Shown here: piece by piece, positions 35,738 through 44,368 of the stretch
How the letters are laid out: each line of letters begins with the position of its first letter
Position numbering within the stretch: position 1 is the stretch's first letter
Source of the DNA: a virus
Taxonomy: Duplodnaviria; Caudoviricetes
Virus record (IMG/VR): IMGVR_UViG_3300049167_000081
Location: 1 to 47,930 of that record
DNA length: 47,930 nt
Strand: one strand, 5' to 3'
Notes under the pieces: generated by a model
Seen by the model: the letters and a program-made list of their open reading frames with translations, nothing else
Told to the model about the DNA's origin: nothing
Database searches by the model: none
Program-made: the position numbers and the translations under genes

Positions 35738-36778
35738 TCAGGCGTCCGTCGCCGCGCTTGGCGACGCTGCGGGGATCAGATGTGCGGTCAGGGCGGCCCA
35801 CGGGTCTGCAGGCTGCACGGTCAGATGGGCGGTGAGCGCCGCCCACGGATCGGGGGCGGGCTCGCTGGGCGCGGCCGGTTCCGGCGTAGGCGTGGGCTCG
35901 ACTGCAGCTGGCTCAGCCACCGGCTGGAGATCCTCGACGGGGGCCTCAGTCGTGGTCGCCGTGTTGAGGACCGGCGCCGGCGCCTGCTCCCGGCCGGCGT
36001 GCCGGAACACGGACAGGTCCCAGGAAGCGGCGGGCTGCACCTTCGGCTCGGGTTCTGCCTGTCGGGCACGCTGGTCAACCTCGTCAGCAAGGCCCGCCTC
36101 GACGGCTTCGTCAGCGGAGTACCAGGTCTCCGCGAGCATCCGCTCGCGCCACTCCTCGACAGTGCCGCCCGCGCGTTCGGCGTAGACGGCGGCGATGTTG
36201 TTGGACTGCCGGTCGAGGAGGTCAGCCATGTCGCGCATGTCCTGCGCGTTGCCGATGGCGAGGCCAGAGCCGTCGTGGATCATCATCTGTGAATGGGGCT
36301 GCATGATGACCCGGTCACCGGCCAGCGCGATCACCGAGGCGATCGATGCGGCCAGGCCCGCGACCCGAACGGTCACTGCGGCGGGGTGGGAGCGCAGCGC
36401 GTTGTGGATCGCGATGCCCTCGAAAATCTCCCCACCGGGCGAGTTGAGGTTCACCGTGATCTCGGTGGCGGTGACCGCGGCGAGCTCACGCTGGAAGTCA
36501 GCGGCCGTCACACCCCAGTAGCCGATCTCATCGAAGATGTCGACGACGACCGAGCCTGCGTTGTTGGTGATGCGGTACCAGTCGCGGCCAGGCTGGAGGG
36601 AGGCCCGCGGACGCCCACCGCGAGCCCCCCTCTCCTCCCCACCCGGGCGCCCGTCACCGGCGCCGGCCGACAGGAAGGCAGCCCTCGCCGCTCCCGTCGG
36701 CACACTGTTGGTCAGCAGGCGGCGGGGCAGCGGGCCCAACGCCCGCGCCCTCGCTGCAGCTGTGTGGCGCAGTCTCAT
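35738..36778 (-). CDS. ClpP-like prohead protease
   Basis: NSPGG, GLAASIASVI, MMIHD, ETWYSADEAVEAGLAD. Confidence 0.93.
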   Translation of the reverse strand: MRLRHTAAARARALGPLPRRLLTNSVPTGAARAAFLSAGAGDGRPGGEERGARGGRPRASLQPGRDWYRITNNAGSVVVDIFDEIGYWGVTAADFQRELAAVTATEITVNLNSPGGEIFEGIAIHNALRSHPAAVTVRVAGLAASIASVIALAGDRVIMQPHSQMMIHDGSGLAIGNAQDMRDMADLLDRQSNNIAAVYAERAGGTVEEWRERMLAETWYSADEAVEAGLADEVDQRARQAEPEPKVQPAASWDLSVFRHAGREQAPAPVLNTATTTEAPVEDLQPVAEPAAVEPTPTPEPAAPSEPAPDPWAALTAHLTVQPADPWAALTAHLIPAASPSAATDA

Positions 36779-38799
36779 GACGCAGCCTCCCATCGGGCCG
36801 TGAATGTGCCGCGGCACCGGCTGCCGCCTTCGCATTGCTGGTAGCCGCCCGCTGCGTACAGGGCGCGGACGGTGTCGAGGTCGGTGTATTCGGTGCCGTC
36901 GATGGCTCGGCACGGGGGGCACGTGTTGCCGTCGAGCTTCTCCGTCGCGGTGTACACGGCGGCCGGGGTGGCCTCGACGACCGCGATGCGGCCCACGTTC
37001 TGTGCGCGGTGGACGGCTGCGCCGAGCTGCTCGCGGCGGAACCTGTTCTTCAGGCCGCGGAGCTTCGTCTTGACGCTGTCGGCGACGCGCCGTCCGACCG
37101 CCCCGGGGGTGTACTGGCGCATGGCTTCGATGGCGGCCTGCCGGGCAAGGTCGTCGGCGAGGATCACCGCGGTGGCCTGCGCGATGCCGAGGAGTTCGTC
37201 GCCGAACGCGATAGGGCCCCGGTTGAACAGGGCGGCGTTCACCGCCGGAACGGAGACGTTGACGCCCTGGTCGGCGGCTTCCGATGCCATCTGCTCAGCG
37301 GCCGTGGTGGCCATCTGGCCGAGGGCGCGGGCGAGGACGGAGACGCTACGGTCGACTGGGGCGGTGATGCTGGCCAGCGCGGGGAGGTCTTCGTCGTCGA
37401 TGGCTGCGGTGATGGCGTCGGTGAGCTGGTCGATCTGCTCGTCGGCTATGCCTTCCCACTCGGCCAGGAGCGCGTCGAGGGCCTGGGTGTATTGCTGCCG
37501 TACCTGCTCGAGCGCGTTCTCTTCGGTGCCGGTGAGGGCGAGGAGGGTGGAGCTGGCGGGAAGCCACGACGCGGCGGGCTTGGTCTGCTGTGGAACGGCG
37601 GCGGGAGTCGGGCTGGCGTGCCGCATGTCGGGGAGGCCGACGGCGGACAGGATGTCGTCCGGATCCCATCCCGCGCGGCGTAGGGCTTCGGCGGCGTTGG
37701 CGCGGGCGGTGAGCTGCGCCGCCTCGGTCTCGACGTCCGGAGGGACCGGGTCACAGTAGTCGAACTCGAGGCCCTTGGCCGTGGCCCCGAAGAGCGGCAG
37801 GAGGTCGTGGTTGAGCGCGGCTTTGATGCGCTCGAGGCGGGGCACGGTGAGCATCTCGGCGAACCAGGTCTTGGATGCTTCGGCGGTGGCCCTGTTGACG
37901 TCGGCGACCTCGCCGAGCGCGAAGGCGGGTATGCCGAACGCTTCCCGGATGACGTCCCGGGACACGCCGCGGAGTTCGGCGAACTGCATGTCCCGCTGGG
38001 TGAACTTCCTGTCGACCCACTTGCCGTGCTCGAGGATCGCCACCCTGTGCGCGTTCGCTACTCCCCTGTGCTGCTCGTTCCACCGCATGCGCAGCTGGTC
38101 GAAGTCCGGGTCCGACAGGGCGTTCGGAACTTCGATGATGCCGCCCGGTTCGGCGCTGTTGAGGAAGAAGTTGCGGTTCCACTCGGCGGAGTACTTGGTG
38201 GCATCGAGGTCGGACAGGATCGACTGCACCGGTCCCATCCCCCGATAGGGGTCCAGGGGGTTCGGCATCCGCAGCTGAATGACCTGGTCCAGGTCGAGGG
38301 CGATCTGCTGCCCGTCGGGCGACGTGTACATGTAGCCGGCCAGGAACGTCTCCGGGTCCGGCACGGGGGTGATTCGGTCGGGACGGACGGGCCACAGCTC
38401 GAGCGGGAGCTTGACCCGCTCGTGCTGGGCGATGACCCACCAGCCTTCGCCGGTGAGGTCGATGTGCTGCTGCGACGCTTCTACGAACTCCTGCCGTGGC
38501 ATGAAGCCGTTGGGCTTCTGCCACAGGTCCAGGGCGGCGTGGCTCGTGACTTCGACGCGGTCTTCGGCGCGGCCGGACTTGGCCTTGCGGTAGAGCTTCC
38601 AGTCGACCTGCGACGTCGCGTTCGACGTGCGGTTGACGATGGAGAACAGGGTGCCGACGGAGCCCATGGCGGCCATCTGGGCGACGGCGTCTCGCCGGCC
38701 TGCGTAGCCGAAGGCGTGGCGGGCGGTGCGGGGGGCGAAGGGGACCGGGGTGCTGGTGGCGGTGCGGTTGAGGAGTGCGCCGAGGAGTGTCCTGGCCAC
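36775..38799 (-). CDS. portal protein fused to a MuF-like head morphogenesis domain
   Basis: HK97-like portal motifs (FFLNSAEPGG, DMQFAE, AFGIP) plus C-terminal TCPPC..IDG...CEGGSRCRG. Confidence 0.9.
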   Translation of the reverse strand: MARTLLGALLNRTATSTPVPFAPRTARHAFGYAGRRDAVAQMAAMGSVGTLFSIVNRTSNATSQVDWKLYRKAKSGRAEDRVEVTSHAALDLWQKPNGFMPRQEFVEASQQHIDLTGEGWWVIAQHERVKLPLELWPVRPDRITPVPDPETFLAGYMYTSPDGQQIALDLDQVIQLRMPNPLDPYRGMGPVQSILSDLDATKYSAEWNRNFFLNSAEPGGIIEVPNALSDPDFDQLRMRWNEQHRGVANAHRVAILEHGKWVDRKFTQRDMQFAELRGVSRDVIREAFGIPAFALGEVADVNRATAEASKTWFAEMLTVPRLERIKAALNHDLLPLFGATAKGLEFDYCDPVPPDVETEAAQLTARANAAEALRRAGWDPDDILSAVGLPDMRHASPTPAAVPQQTKPAASWLPASSTLLALTGTEENALEQVRQQYTQALDALLAEWEGIADEQIDQLTDAITAAIDDEDLPALASITAPVDRSVSVLARALGQMATTAAEQMASEAADQGVNVSVPAVNAALFNRGPIAFGDELLGIAQATAVILADDLARQAAIEAMRQYTPGAVGRRVADSVKTKLRGLKNRFRREQLGAAVHRAQNVGRIAVVEATPAAVYTATEKLDGNTCPPCRAIDGTEYTDLDTVRALYAAGGYQQCEGGSRCRGTFTARWEAAS

Positions 38800-38818
38800 G
38801 CGCACCTCCCACCCCGCA

Positions 38819-39004
38819 CTAGTCCGGGTGGATCCGCCAGTTGATCGCGATGACCGCTAGTCCGGCAGTGATCCAGCCCGCAGGCCCGTAGACCCTATTG
38901 GCTCCTATAGACAAAAGAATAGCCGCATTCAAGTCGAGAAGGACAGGCATACAGGTCTTCAACTTCTGTGCCCACCTGCGGATTGGTACCTTGCGTGTGC
39001 TCAC
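38819..39004 (-). CDS. small membrane protein between terL and portal
   Basis: GTGA-coupled, two hydrophobic segments, unusually low GC. Confidence 0.6.
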   Translation of the reverse strand: MSTRKVPIRRWAQKLKTCMPVLLDLNAAILLSIGANRVYGPAGWITAGLAVIAINWRIHPD

Positions 39005-40503
39005 AGCCACCTCACCCTGGTTCGCCCTGCACTGTAGAAAGCCAACAAAAGCGCGTCGGCGTTGTCCGGTGACCTGCCCAAACGCTTGATGATCTCTTCC
39101 TTGGGTTCGACCTTGATGCGGCCCTTGGGGTCGACCTCCCACCTGGGCTCGAGGAGTTGGGCGATCGTGGTGTCGGCGTTGTCCATCTTGGCGAGGTCCC
39201 AGCCCTGCTCTGCGGACAGGCCGCGGCCGAGCTCCCACCACATCTCGGCGCGCAGGTTGACGAACTTGTCGGATCGGCTGGCTGCGGAGGCGACGTTGAC
39301 GCCGTGGATGTGTGCCGTGTGCTCGCCGCGGGAGGCGGCGTTGCGGAGTTCGCCGATGACGCCGAACCCGACACCAATCGAGTCGATCTTCACGGCGGTG
39401 GCGCCGGTCTCCCGGATCGCCTGCAGCACAAGCGGTGCGATCTTCTCCGGCCGGTCTGTGTGCGCCCGCCATTCCCTGCCCGCTAGCCGGCCGCGGCGCT
39501 CCCGGATGACGGTCTCGTCGCCGCCGCCACCGACGTCGACACCGAGCTCGACCGGTTCGAGGAGGTGCGCCTTCGGTGCGCCTTCCACCGGCATGCGACA
39601 GTTCGCCACATCCGACGCCCGCACTACTTGGTTGGGGGCGTCCGCGCTGAACTCCCCCAGCACCTTGGAGCGGTAGATGGGGTTGTCCTCGCCCCACTCC
39701 TTCGCCTTCTCCTCGACCCATTCGCGGCCGACGAGGGAGACGGCCATCTCCTCGGGGATGTCCTCGCCGGTCAGGTTCGGGGAGTCGAAGGCGCTGATGC
39801 TGATCTGATGCCAGCTCGAGCCGGGGGCGCACACCTTACGGAAGTGGGAGGCCGGGTTGTCGGGGTTGCCGATGGCGAGGATGCGACAGTCGGGGCCGGT
39901 GGCGAGGGCGTCGGCGGCGACCCACAGCTGTTCGGGGATGCCGCACGCCTCATCGAGGACGACGAGGACGTAGCGGGCGTGGATCCCCTGGAAGCCAGAC
40001 TCGTCATGGTCAGCGGGCTTACGGCCGTAGCCGACCAGCTCGTCGTCCATCAGCCACTCGGTCTGGTTGACCCGGCCGGCGAGGTCACCGGCCTTGTGGT
40101 GCTTGCGGATGTACCGCCACAGGATCGCCCGCACCTGGGAGAACGTGGGCGCGGTGGAGACGACGAACGCGGTACCGGGCGGGTGGGTGTCGAGCCACCA
40201 GCAGACGACCAGGGCCGCGGTCCAGGACTTGCCGACGCCGTGCCCGGAGCGGACCGCGGTACGCCGGTGGTCGCGGACAGCGTGCAGGATTTCCCGCTGC
40301 TTCGACCACACGGTTTGCCGCAGCCGCTCTTGCACCCACTTCACGGGCTGGTCGGCGTAGCGTGCGGTGCGCTCCGCGAGGGAGGCTTGGTCGGCGCGGG
40401 CCTTCAGCTTGTCCCGCAGCAGCTTCAACTGCTTGGTGTCCCCGGCTTTGACGAGGGCTTGGACTTGGGCGCGGACATGGTCGAGGTCAGGTGCTGTCGC
40501 CAT
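39001..40503 (-). CDS. terL: terminase large subunit
   Basis: SGHGVGKS, VVLDEA, IGNP, LGVDVG, SPDNADA. Confidence 0.95.
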   Translation of the reverse strand: MATAPDLDHVRAQVQALVKAGDTKQLKLLRDKLKARADQASLAERTARYADQPVKWVQERLRQTVWSKQREILHAVRDHRRTAVRSGHGVGKSWTAALVVCWWLDTHPPGTAFVVSTAPTFSQVRAILWRYIRKHHKAGDLAGRVNQTEWLMDDELVGYGRKPADHDESGFQGIHARYVLVVLDEACGIPEQLWVAADALATGPDCRILAIGNPDNPASHFRKVCAPGSSWHQISISAFDSPNLTGEDIPEEMAVSLVGREWVEEKAKEWGEDNPIYRSKVLGEFSADAPNQVVRASDVANCRMPVEGAPKAHLLEPVELGVDVGGGGDETVIRERRGRLAGREWRAHTDRPEKIAPLVLQAIRETGATAVKIDSIGVGFGVIGELRNAASRGEHTAHIHGVNVASAASRSDKFVNLRAEMWWELGRGLSAEQGWDLAKMDNADTTIAQLLEPRWEVDPKGRIKVEPKEEIIKRLGRSPDNADALLLAFYSAGRTRVRWL

Positions 40504-41014
40504 GTTCGCCCCCGAGTCGGTCGAGGATGGCGCCGATCTCCGCGCCGAGGTTCTCCGCGTCTACGGACACGCGGGAGGGGGCGTCGAGGCCCTCGAGCTT
40601 CCGGCGGGATTCGGAGATGCGGAGCAGCCGGTCGATGGCCTGCAGCACGGGCCCGTCGTCGGGGAGCGGCTTGCTCTCTCCTGTCTCGGGGTCGGGCAGG
40701 GAGATGACGCGCCCGTTGGAGACGGTGACGTGCTGCCGCTCCAGTACGGCCCAGGCGGCTTCGGAGAGCCGGTCGAGGCGTTCGCGTTCCATCGTCCGCA
40801 GCTCGTCGCCGGCTTCTTGGACGGTGTCCTTGAGTACCTTCTCGATCGCGCGGCGGGCGTTGGACTTGTCGCTGTAGCCGAGGTGGTCGGCGATCCGTTC
40901 GTAGGTCCAGCCTTGGGAGCGCAAGCGTGCGGCTTCGGCATCGCGTTGGGCGACGGTGAGGGTGCGCACGTACCGACCGTTGCCGCCGCGGGCGTCCTGG
41001 TTCGGGTTGGCCAT
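40487..41014 (-). CDS. terS: terminase small subunit
   Basis: N-terminal HTH (GWTYERIADHLGY), RRKLEGLDAP; directly upstream of terL. Confidence 0.8.
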   Translation of the reverse strand: MANPNQDARGGNGRYVRTLTVAQRDAEAARLRSQGWTYERIADHLGYSDKSNARRAIEKVLKDTVQEAGDELRTMERERLDRLSEAAWAVLERQHVTVSNGRVISLPDPETGESKPLPDDGPVLQAIDRLLRISESRRKLEGLDAPSRVSVDAENLGAEIGAILDRLGGEHGDST

Positions 41015-41106
41015 CGTCGCCTCCTCTCTTTCAAGAGGATGCCACGCGGTGCATACAAGTGGCCCACCTCACCTGGTGTGGTGGGGCGGGCCAGTGTGGG
41101 CCAATG

Positions 41107-41352
41107 TCAGGCCGCGTCGGCGAGCAGGTGGCCGGTGTCGTCGGTGAGACACAGGCCGTTGAAGCCGTACAGGCCGAGTCGGTAGGTGCCGTCGGGGCGG
41201 CCTGCGGCGAGGTCGGCCATGTCGTTGAGCGTGGCGTGGGAGGTGCGGCGGAGGATCTCGCAGTGCTGGTCGTCGGCGCAGTCGGCGGGGTGGGTCCAGT
41301 CGACGTCGGTGCCGTCGCAGGTGATGACGAGCAGGTGCGGGGTGGTGTTCAT
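41107..41352 (-). CDS. hypothetical protein
   Basis: 81 aa, ATGA-coupled. Confidence 0.6.
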   Translation of the reverse strand: MNTTPHLLVITCDGTDVDWTHPADCADDQHCEILRRTSHATLNDMADLAAGRPDGTYRLGLYGFNGLCLTDDTGHLLADAA

Positions 41353-41438
41353 TCGTCGCCTTCCGGGGCCGTGTTGCGGATGCAGTTGGGGTCGTGGCCG
41401 CAGGCGTTGCAGCAGGTGCCGCAGTCGCAGTTCGGCAT
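41349..41438 (-). CDS. 29 aa Cys-rich microprotein
   Basis: MPNCDCGTCCNACGHDPNCIRN with GGAG RBS. Confidence 0.55.
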   Translation of the reverse strand: MPNCDCGTCCNACGHDPNCIRNTAPEGDE

Positions 41439-41449
41439 GTGTGCTCCGG

Positions 41450-41554
41450 TTAGTCGTCGGGGTCGGGTGGGTCGTCGTCGTAGTCGCGGTCCCAGTAGGT
41501 GCGGTCGAGGCGGGCTTCTTCGGCGGGGGTGAGCTCCCAGGCGGCGTACTCGGT
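41450..41554 (-). pseudogene. acidic mini-ORF lacking a start codon, in frame behind an amber stop
   Basis: TEYAAWELTPAEEARLDRTYWDRDYDDDPPDPDD* with high GC3. Confidence 0.45.
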
Positions 41555-41938
41555 CTATGCGGCCTCCACGAGTGCGGCGCGGCTGATGCTGCGGGTGGCC
41601 TTGTAGGTGGTGAGCGCCTCGTACAGGGCCGGCTCGAGCGGGGAGTAGACGTGGACGTGGATCCAGCGGCCGGTGGTGCGGTGCTGGGTCCAGACCTTGA
41701 TGGCGGCGGCGCCCTGGTTCGCCTGGCGGTAGGCCTTGGCGACGTGGCGGCCGTACCAGGAGCGCTGTCCGTCGGGGAGGTCGGCGCCGAGGCGGTCGAG
41801 GAGGTCGCCGGTGCGGATGAGTCGGCCTTGGTCGACGTGGAGGGCGACGATGCCGGAGAGGGTGCGGTAGGCGAGGGCCTTGGTGGTGTGGAGTGCGGCG
41901 GTGATGGCCTGGCGGGCGGTGCGGTGGCGACGGTTCAT
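41555..41938 (-). CDS. basic hypothetical protein
   Basis: AAGGGGG RBS, SWYGRHVAKAYR. Confidence 0.7.
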   Translation of the reverse strand: MNRRHRTARQAITAALHTTKALAYRTLSGIVALHVDQGRLIRTGDLLDRLGADLPDGQRSWYGRHVAKAYRQANQGAAAIKVWTQHRTTGRWIHVHVYSPLEPALYEALTTYKATRSISRAALVEAA

Positions 41939-41978
41939 GGGTGGCCCCCTTGGGTGTGCTGCCTTGCGGTGTATCTCC

Positions 41979-42026
41979 ATCATGAGGGCTACGTGTAGCC
42001 CTGTCAATAGGGCTACGCGTAGGCAT
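41979..42026. promoter_or_regulatory. promoter with palindromic operators
   Basis: minus-strand TTGACA-17-CATGAT whose spacer is the palindrome AGGGCTAC-GT-GTAGCCCT; second degenerate copy at 42009-42026. Confidence 0.75.
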
Positions 42027-42062
42027 TCCCGTAGGCCGACACGCTGTGGGAGGATAGGGGGC

Positions 42063-42326
42063 ATGCCCAGCTACCAGCCCCCCAAGGACGCAGCCGACCT
42101 GTTCGCCCGCTACAAGCGGCACTACGAAGCCGAACGCGACCTCAAGCCAGCCATGCGCGACCTGGCCGCCCGCGAACTCAAGGCCGGCGCCAGCGTCGGT
42201 CAGCTCGCCGAACTGACCGGCCTGACACCCGAGGTGTTCCGCCGCATCGCCCGCGCGGAGGGCGTCGAAAGGAAGCGGCCCCCCACGGTCGGGAAGCTGA
42301 AGCCCGAGACCAGGGAGCAGTCATGA
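42063..42326 (+). CDS. HTH DNA-binding protein
   Basis: GASVGQLAELTGLTPEVFRRIAR. Confidence 0.8.
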   Translation: MPSYQPPKDAADLFARYKRHYEAERDLKPAMRDLAARELKAGASVGQLAELTGLTPEVFRRIARAEGVERKRPPTVGKLKPETREQS

Positions 42327-42841
42327 CTGCTGATCTGGTGGCGTTCCTGCGGGCACGCCTCGACGACGACGAGCAGACAGCCCACGCGGCCACTCTGGGC
42401 CCGTGGGAGTGGACCCCGGAGGAAGACGTGTGGGGGCATTGCGGGCCCGCTCTCATCCGCGCGGGCTTCGACGGAGAGGGCGACCGCGAGTTGGTCGAGG
42501 TTCTGTCCGGCTGGGGTCACGACGCGTGGGGCATGCACGTGAGCGACAACGATGCTGCGCACATCGCCCGCCATGACCCGGCCCGCGTCCTCGCCGACGT
42601 CGAAGCGAAGCGGCAGCTGCTCGACGACTACGAGCAAGTGATGGACACCCGCCGCGCGCATCCGAACGACCCCGCCTCTGCTGGCGCGCTCCTCGCGCTG
42701 CATAAGGCCATCAAACGCCTCGCCCTGCCCTACGCCGACCACCCCGACTACAAGGAGAGTGGAGCCCATGAAGAGTGGAAGGATCGAACTGACCCAGGAA
42801 CGGTGGATGAAGCTCCGGACGGATCTCGACGAACGGCGTAA
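42323..42841 (+). CDS. DUF6221-like protein
   Basis: LVAFLRARLDDDE, HIARHDPARVLADVEAKR, LALPYADHPDY. Confidence 0.82.
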   Translation: MTADLVAFLRARLDDDEQTAHAATLGPWEWTPEEDVWGHCGPALIRAGFDGEGDRELVEVLSGWGHDAWGMHVSDNDAAHIARHDPARVLADVEAKRQLLDDYEQVMDTRRAHPNDPASAGALLALHKAIKRLALPYADHPDYKESGAHEEWKDRTDPGTVDEAPDGSRRTA

Positions 42842-43085
42842 ACAGATCCGCCGGGAACACCTCCACCTCCGCGTCGACCCCGTTCTCCCACCCGCGCCAG
42901 CGTGCCCCAAGTGCGGTGGTCCAGCAGACCACGTGATGTGGTCGGTCTTCGAGACGCTGGACGGCGAGGAGCTGCTGACGGACATCGATCCGTGCGGGCA
43001 TCATTTCCGCACAGAGCTGCCGCTCCCGCCCACCATCGAAGTGAGCGAGGGTGGGGGCATTTTCGTTCGGCCGGACGAGCCCTGA
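42768..43085 (+). CDS. Zn-ribbon-like hypothetical protein
   Basis: CPKC...PCGH; RBS upstream of ATG 42768. Confidence 0.6.
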   Translation: MKSGRIELTQERWMKLRTDLDERRKQIRREHLHLRVDPVLPPAPACPKCGGPADHVMWSVFETLDGEELLTDIDPCGHHFRTELPLPPTIEVSEGGGIFVRPDEP

Positions 43086-43124
43086 CTCATTCCCCACCCG
43101 ACCCCCCTGCGGCAGACTGCCGTC

Positions 43125-43310
43125 ATGGGGGTCTCCTACATGGTGCGCGGCCGGACGCGGGCTGAGTGCGAGCGGGCGCTCGATCAGCTGTGCCGGCTGT
43201 TGGGTGCGCGGCCGACTCTCCGGCCAACGGACCGGTGCGGCCACGGCTGGATCGCCCGCGCGGTTCCCACGACCACGGCCCCCGCCGTGGTGGGCGAGGG
43301 CCGCAGGTAG
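43125..43310 (+). CDS. hypothetical protein
   Basis: 61 aa, ECERALDQLC...WIARAV. Confidence 0.55.
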   Translation: MGVSYMVRGRTRAECERALDQLCRLLGARPTLRPTDRCGHGWIARAVPTTTAPAVVGEGRR

Positions 43311-43316
43311 GGGCGG

Positions 43317-43487
43317 TCACTTGGTGCTGCGGATGCCGTACTGCTGACGGATTTCGCTGGGGGTGAGGGACCAGCTTTCGGGGCCGGTGGTCGGGTAGTA
43401 GACGGGTTCGCCGTGGCGGCCGGGGCCGGCGGTGGGTTCCCAGGTGTCACCGTTGCCGTCGGTGATCTGCTTGGGGAAGTTCGGCAT
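43317..43487 (-). CDS. small hypothetical protein
   Basis: AAAGGAG RBS; DGNGDTW...IRQQYG. Confidence 0.65.
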   Translation of the reverse strand: MPNFPKQITDGNGDTWEPTAGPGRHGEPVYYPTTGPESWSLTPSEIRQQYGIRSTK

Positions 43488-43498
43488 GGCTGCTCCTT

Positions 43499-43990
43499 TC
43501 AGGGGTTGTTGGCGGCGGTGCCGAGGATGCGGATGACGGGCCCAGCGTTGGTCTGCTGGTCGTTCCACGACGGCACGGTTTCTGCATCGGCGAAGTGGGC
43601 TTGGATGGTGTCGAGGAGGTGGGCGCAGGCGTCGTCGGCCTGGCCCCGGTTGTGTGCGGCGGCTCGGATGGCTCCGACGGCGCAGACGGCGCCTTGCTCG
43701 TCACGGAGGCCGCCGCGGGCCCAGCCGCGTTCACGGATAATCTGGATGGCGCCGAGGTAGACGGCGGCGAGCGGGCTGGCCGGCTGGGCTTCGATCGCGG
43801 GCAGGATCGGGGCGGCCAGATCCCCAATCTCCAGCTCCACAACCGGCGAGTCGGGGAGGTGGGCGGTGTTCACATCGAACTGGAGCTGGGCCTGCTCGAG
43901 GCGGAGGGTCATGGCGGCGTCGGCGATGGCGAGCCGCGTGTCGAGGTCGACGGTGACCTCGACACGGGCCGGCGCGAGGGTGGGAGTCAT
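43499..43990 (-). CDS. DUF6197-like protein
   Basis: RGWARG...GAVCAVGAIR...VPSWND. Confidence 0.75.
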   Translation of the reverse strand: MTPTLAPARVEVTVDLDTRLAIADAAMTLRLEQAQLQFDVNTAHLPDSPVVELEIGDLAAPILPAIEAQPASPLAAVYLGAIQIIRERGWARGGLRDEQGAVCAVGAIRAAAHNRGQADDACAHLLDTIQAHFADAETVPSWNDQQTNAGPVIRILGTAANNP

Positions 43991-44331
43991 CGGCGGGCGA
44001 ACATTCCGCGCTTGGCCCGGTCGGCGACCTTCTTCGGGTCAGGGGCGGCGACCTGCGGGCCGGGGGTGGCGAGGTTCCGGACGCCCTTCGGGGGGCTGGT
44101 GTAGACGGGCCCTTCGCGGAGGACGAGGCCTTCGACGGACAGCGAGCCGGAGATCATCCACCCGGGCATGAGTGGGTGCCGGTAGGACACCGTGTACTCA
44201 GAGTAGAGATGGCTGTCCTCGTAGGGGGCGAGGTTGGTGGCGACCGTCTTGAGGACGTACAGCTTCTGGCCCTTGCGGACCTCTCGGTCGGCCCGCTTCG
44301 CGTCTCGCTTGGTGCGCTGGTACACGGTCAT
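43987..44331 (-). CDS. hypothetical basic protein
   Basis: AAGGAG RBS, 114 aa. Confidence 0.7.
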   Translation of the reverse strand: MTVYQRTKRDAKRADREVRKGQKLYVLKTVATNLAPYEDSHLYSEYTVSYRHPLMPGWMISGSLSVEGLVLREGPVYTSPPKGVRNLATPGPQVAAPDPKKVADRAKRGMFARR

Positions 44332-44368
44332 GATCTTCTCCTTCGAGTCGGGAAGTTCTTCGCATATC

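Noticed and set aside
33708-36185. 825 aa plus-strand ORF and similar long antisense ORFs (449-1858, 25288-27162, 45084-46703)
   Set aside because: Shadow frames opposite well-supported high-GC genes; no recognisable motifs
38898-39089. 63 aa plus-strand ORF in the AT-rich patch
   Set aside because: Antisense to terL and the coupled small gene, TTG start without RBS
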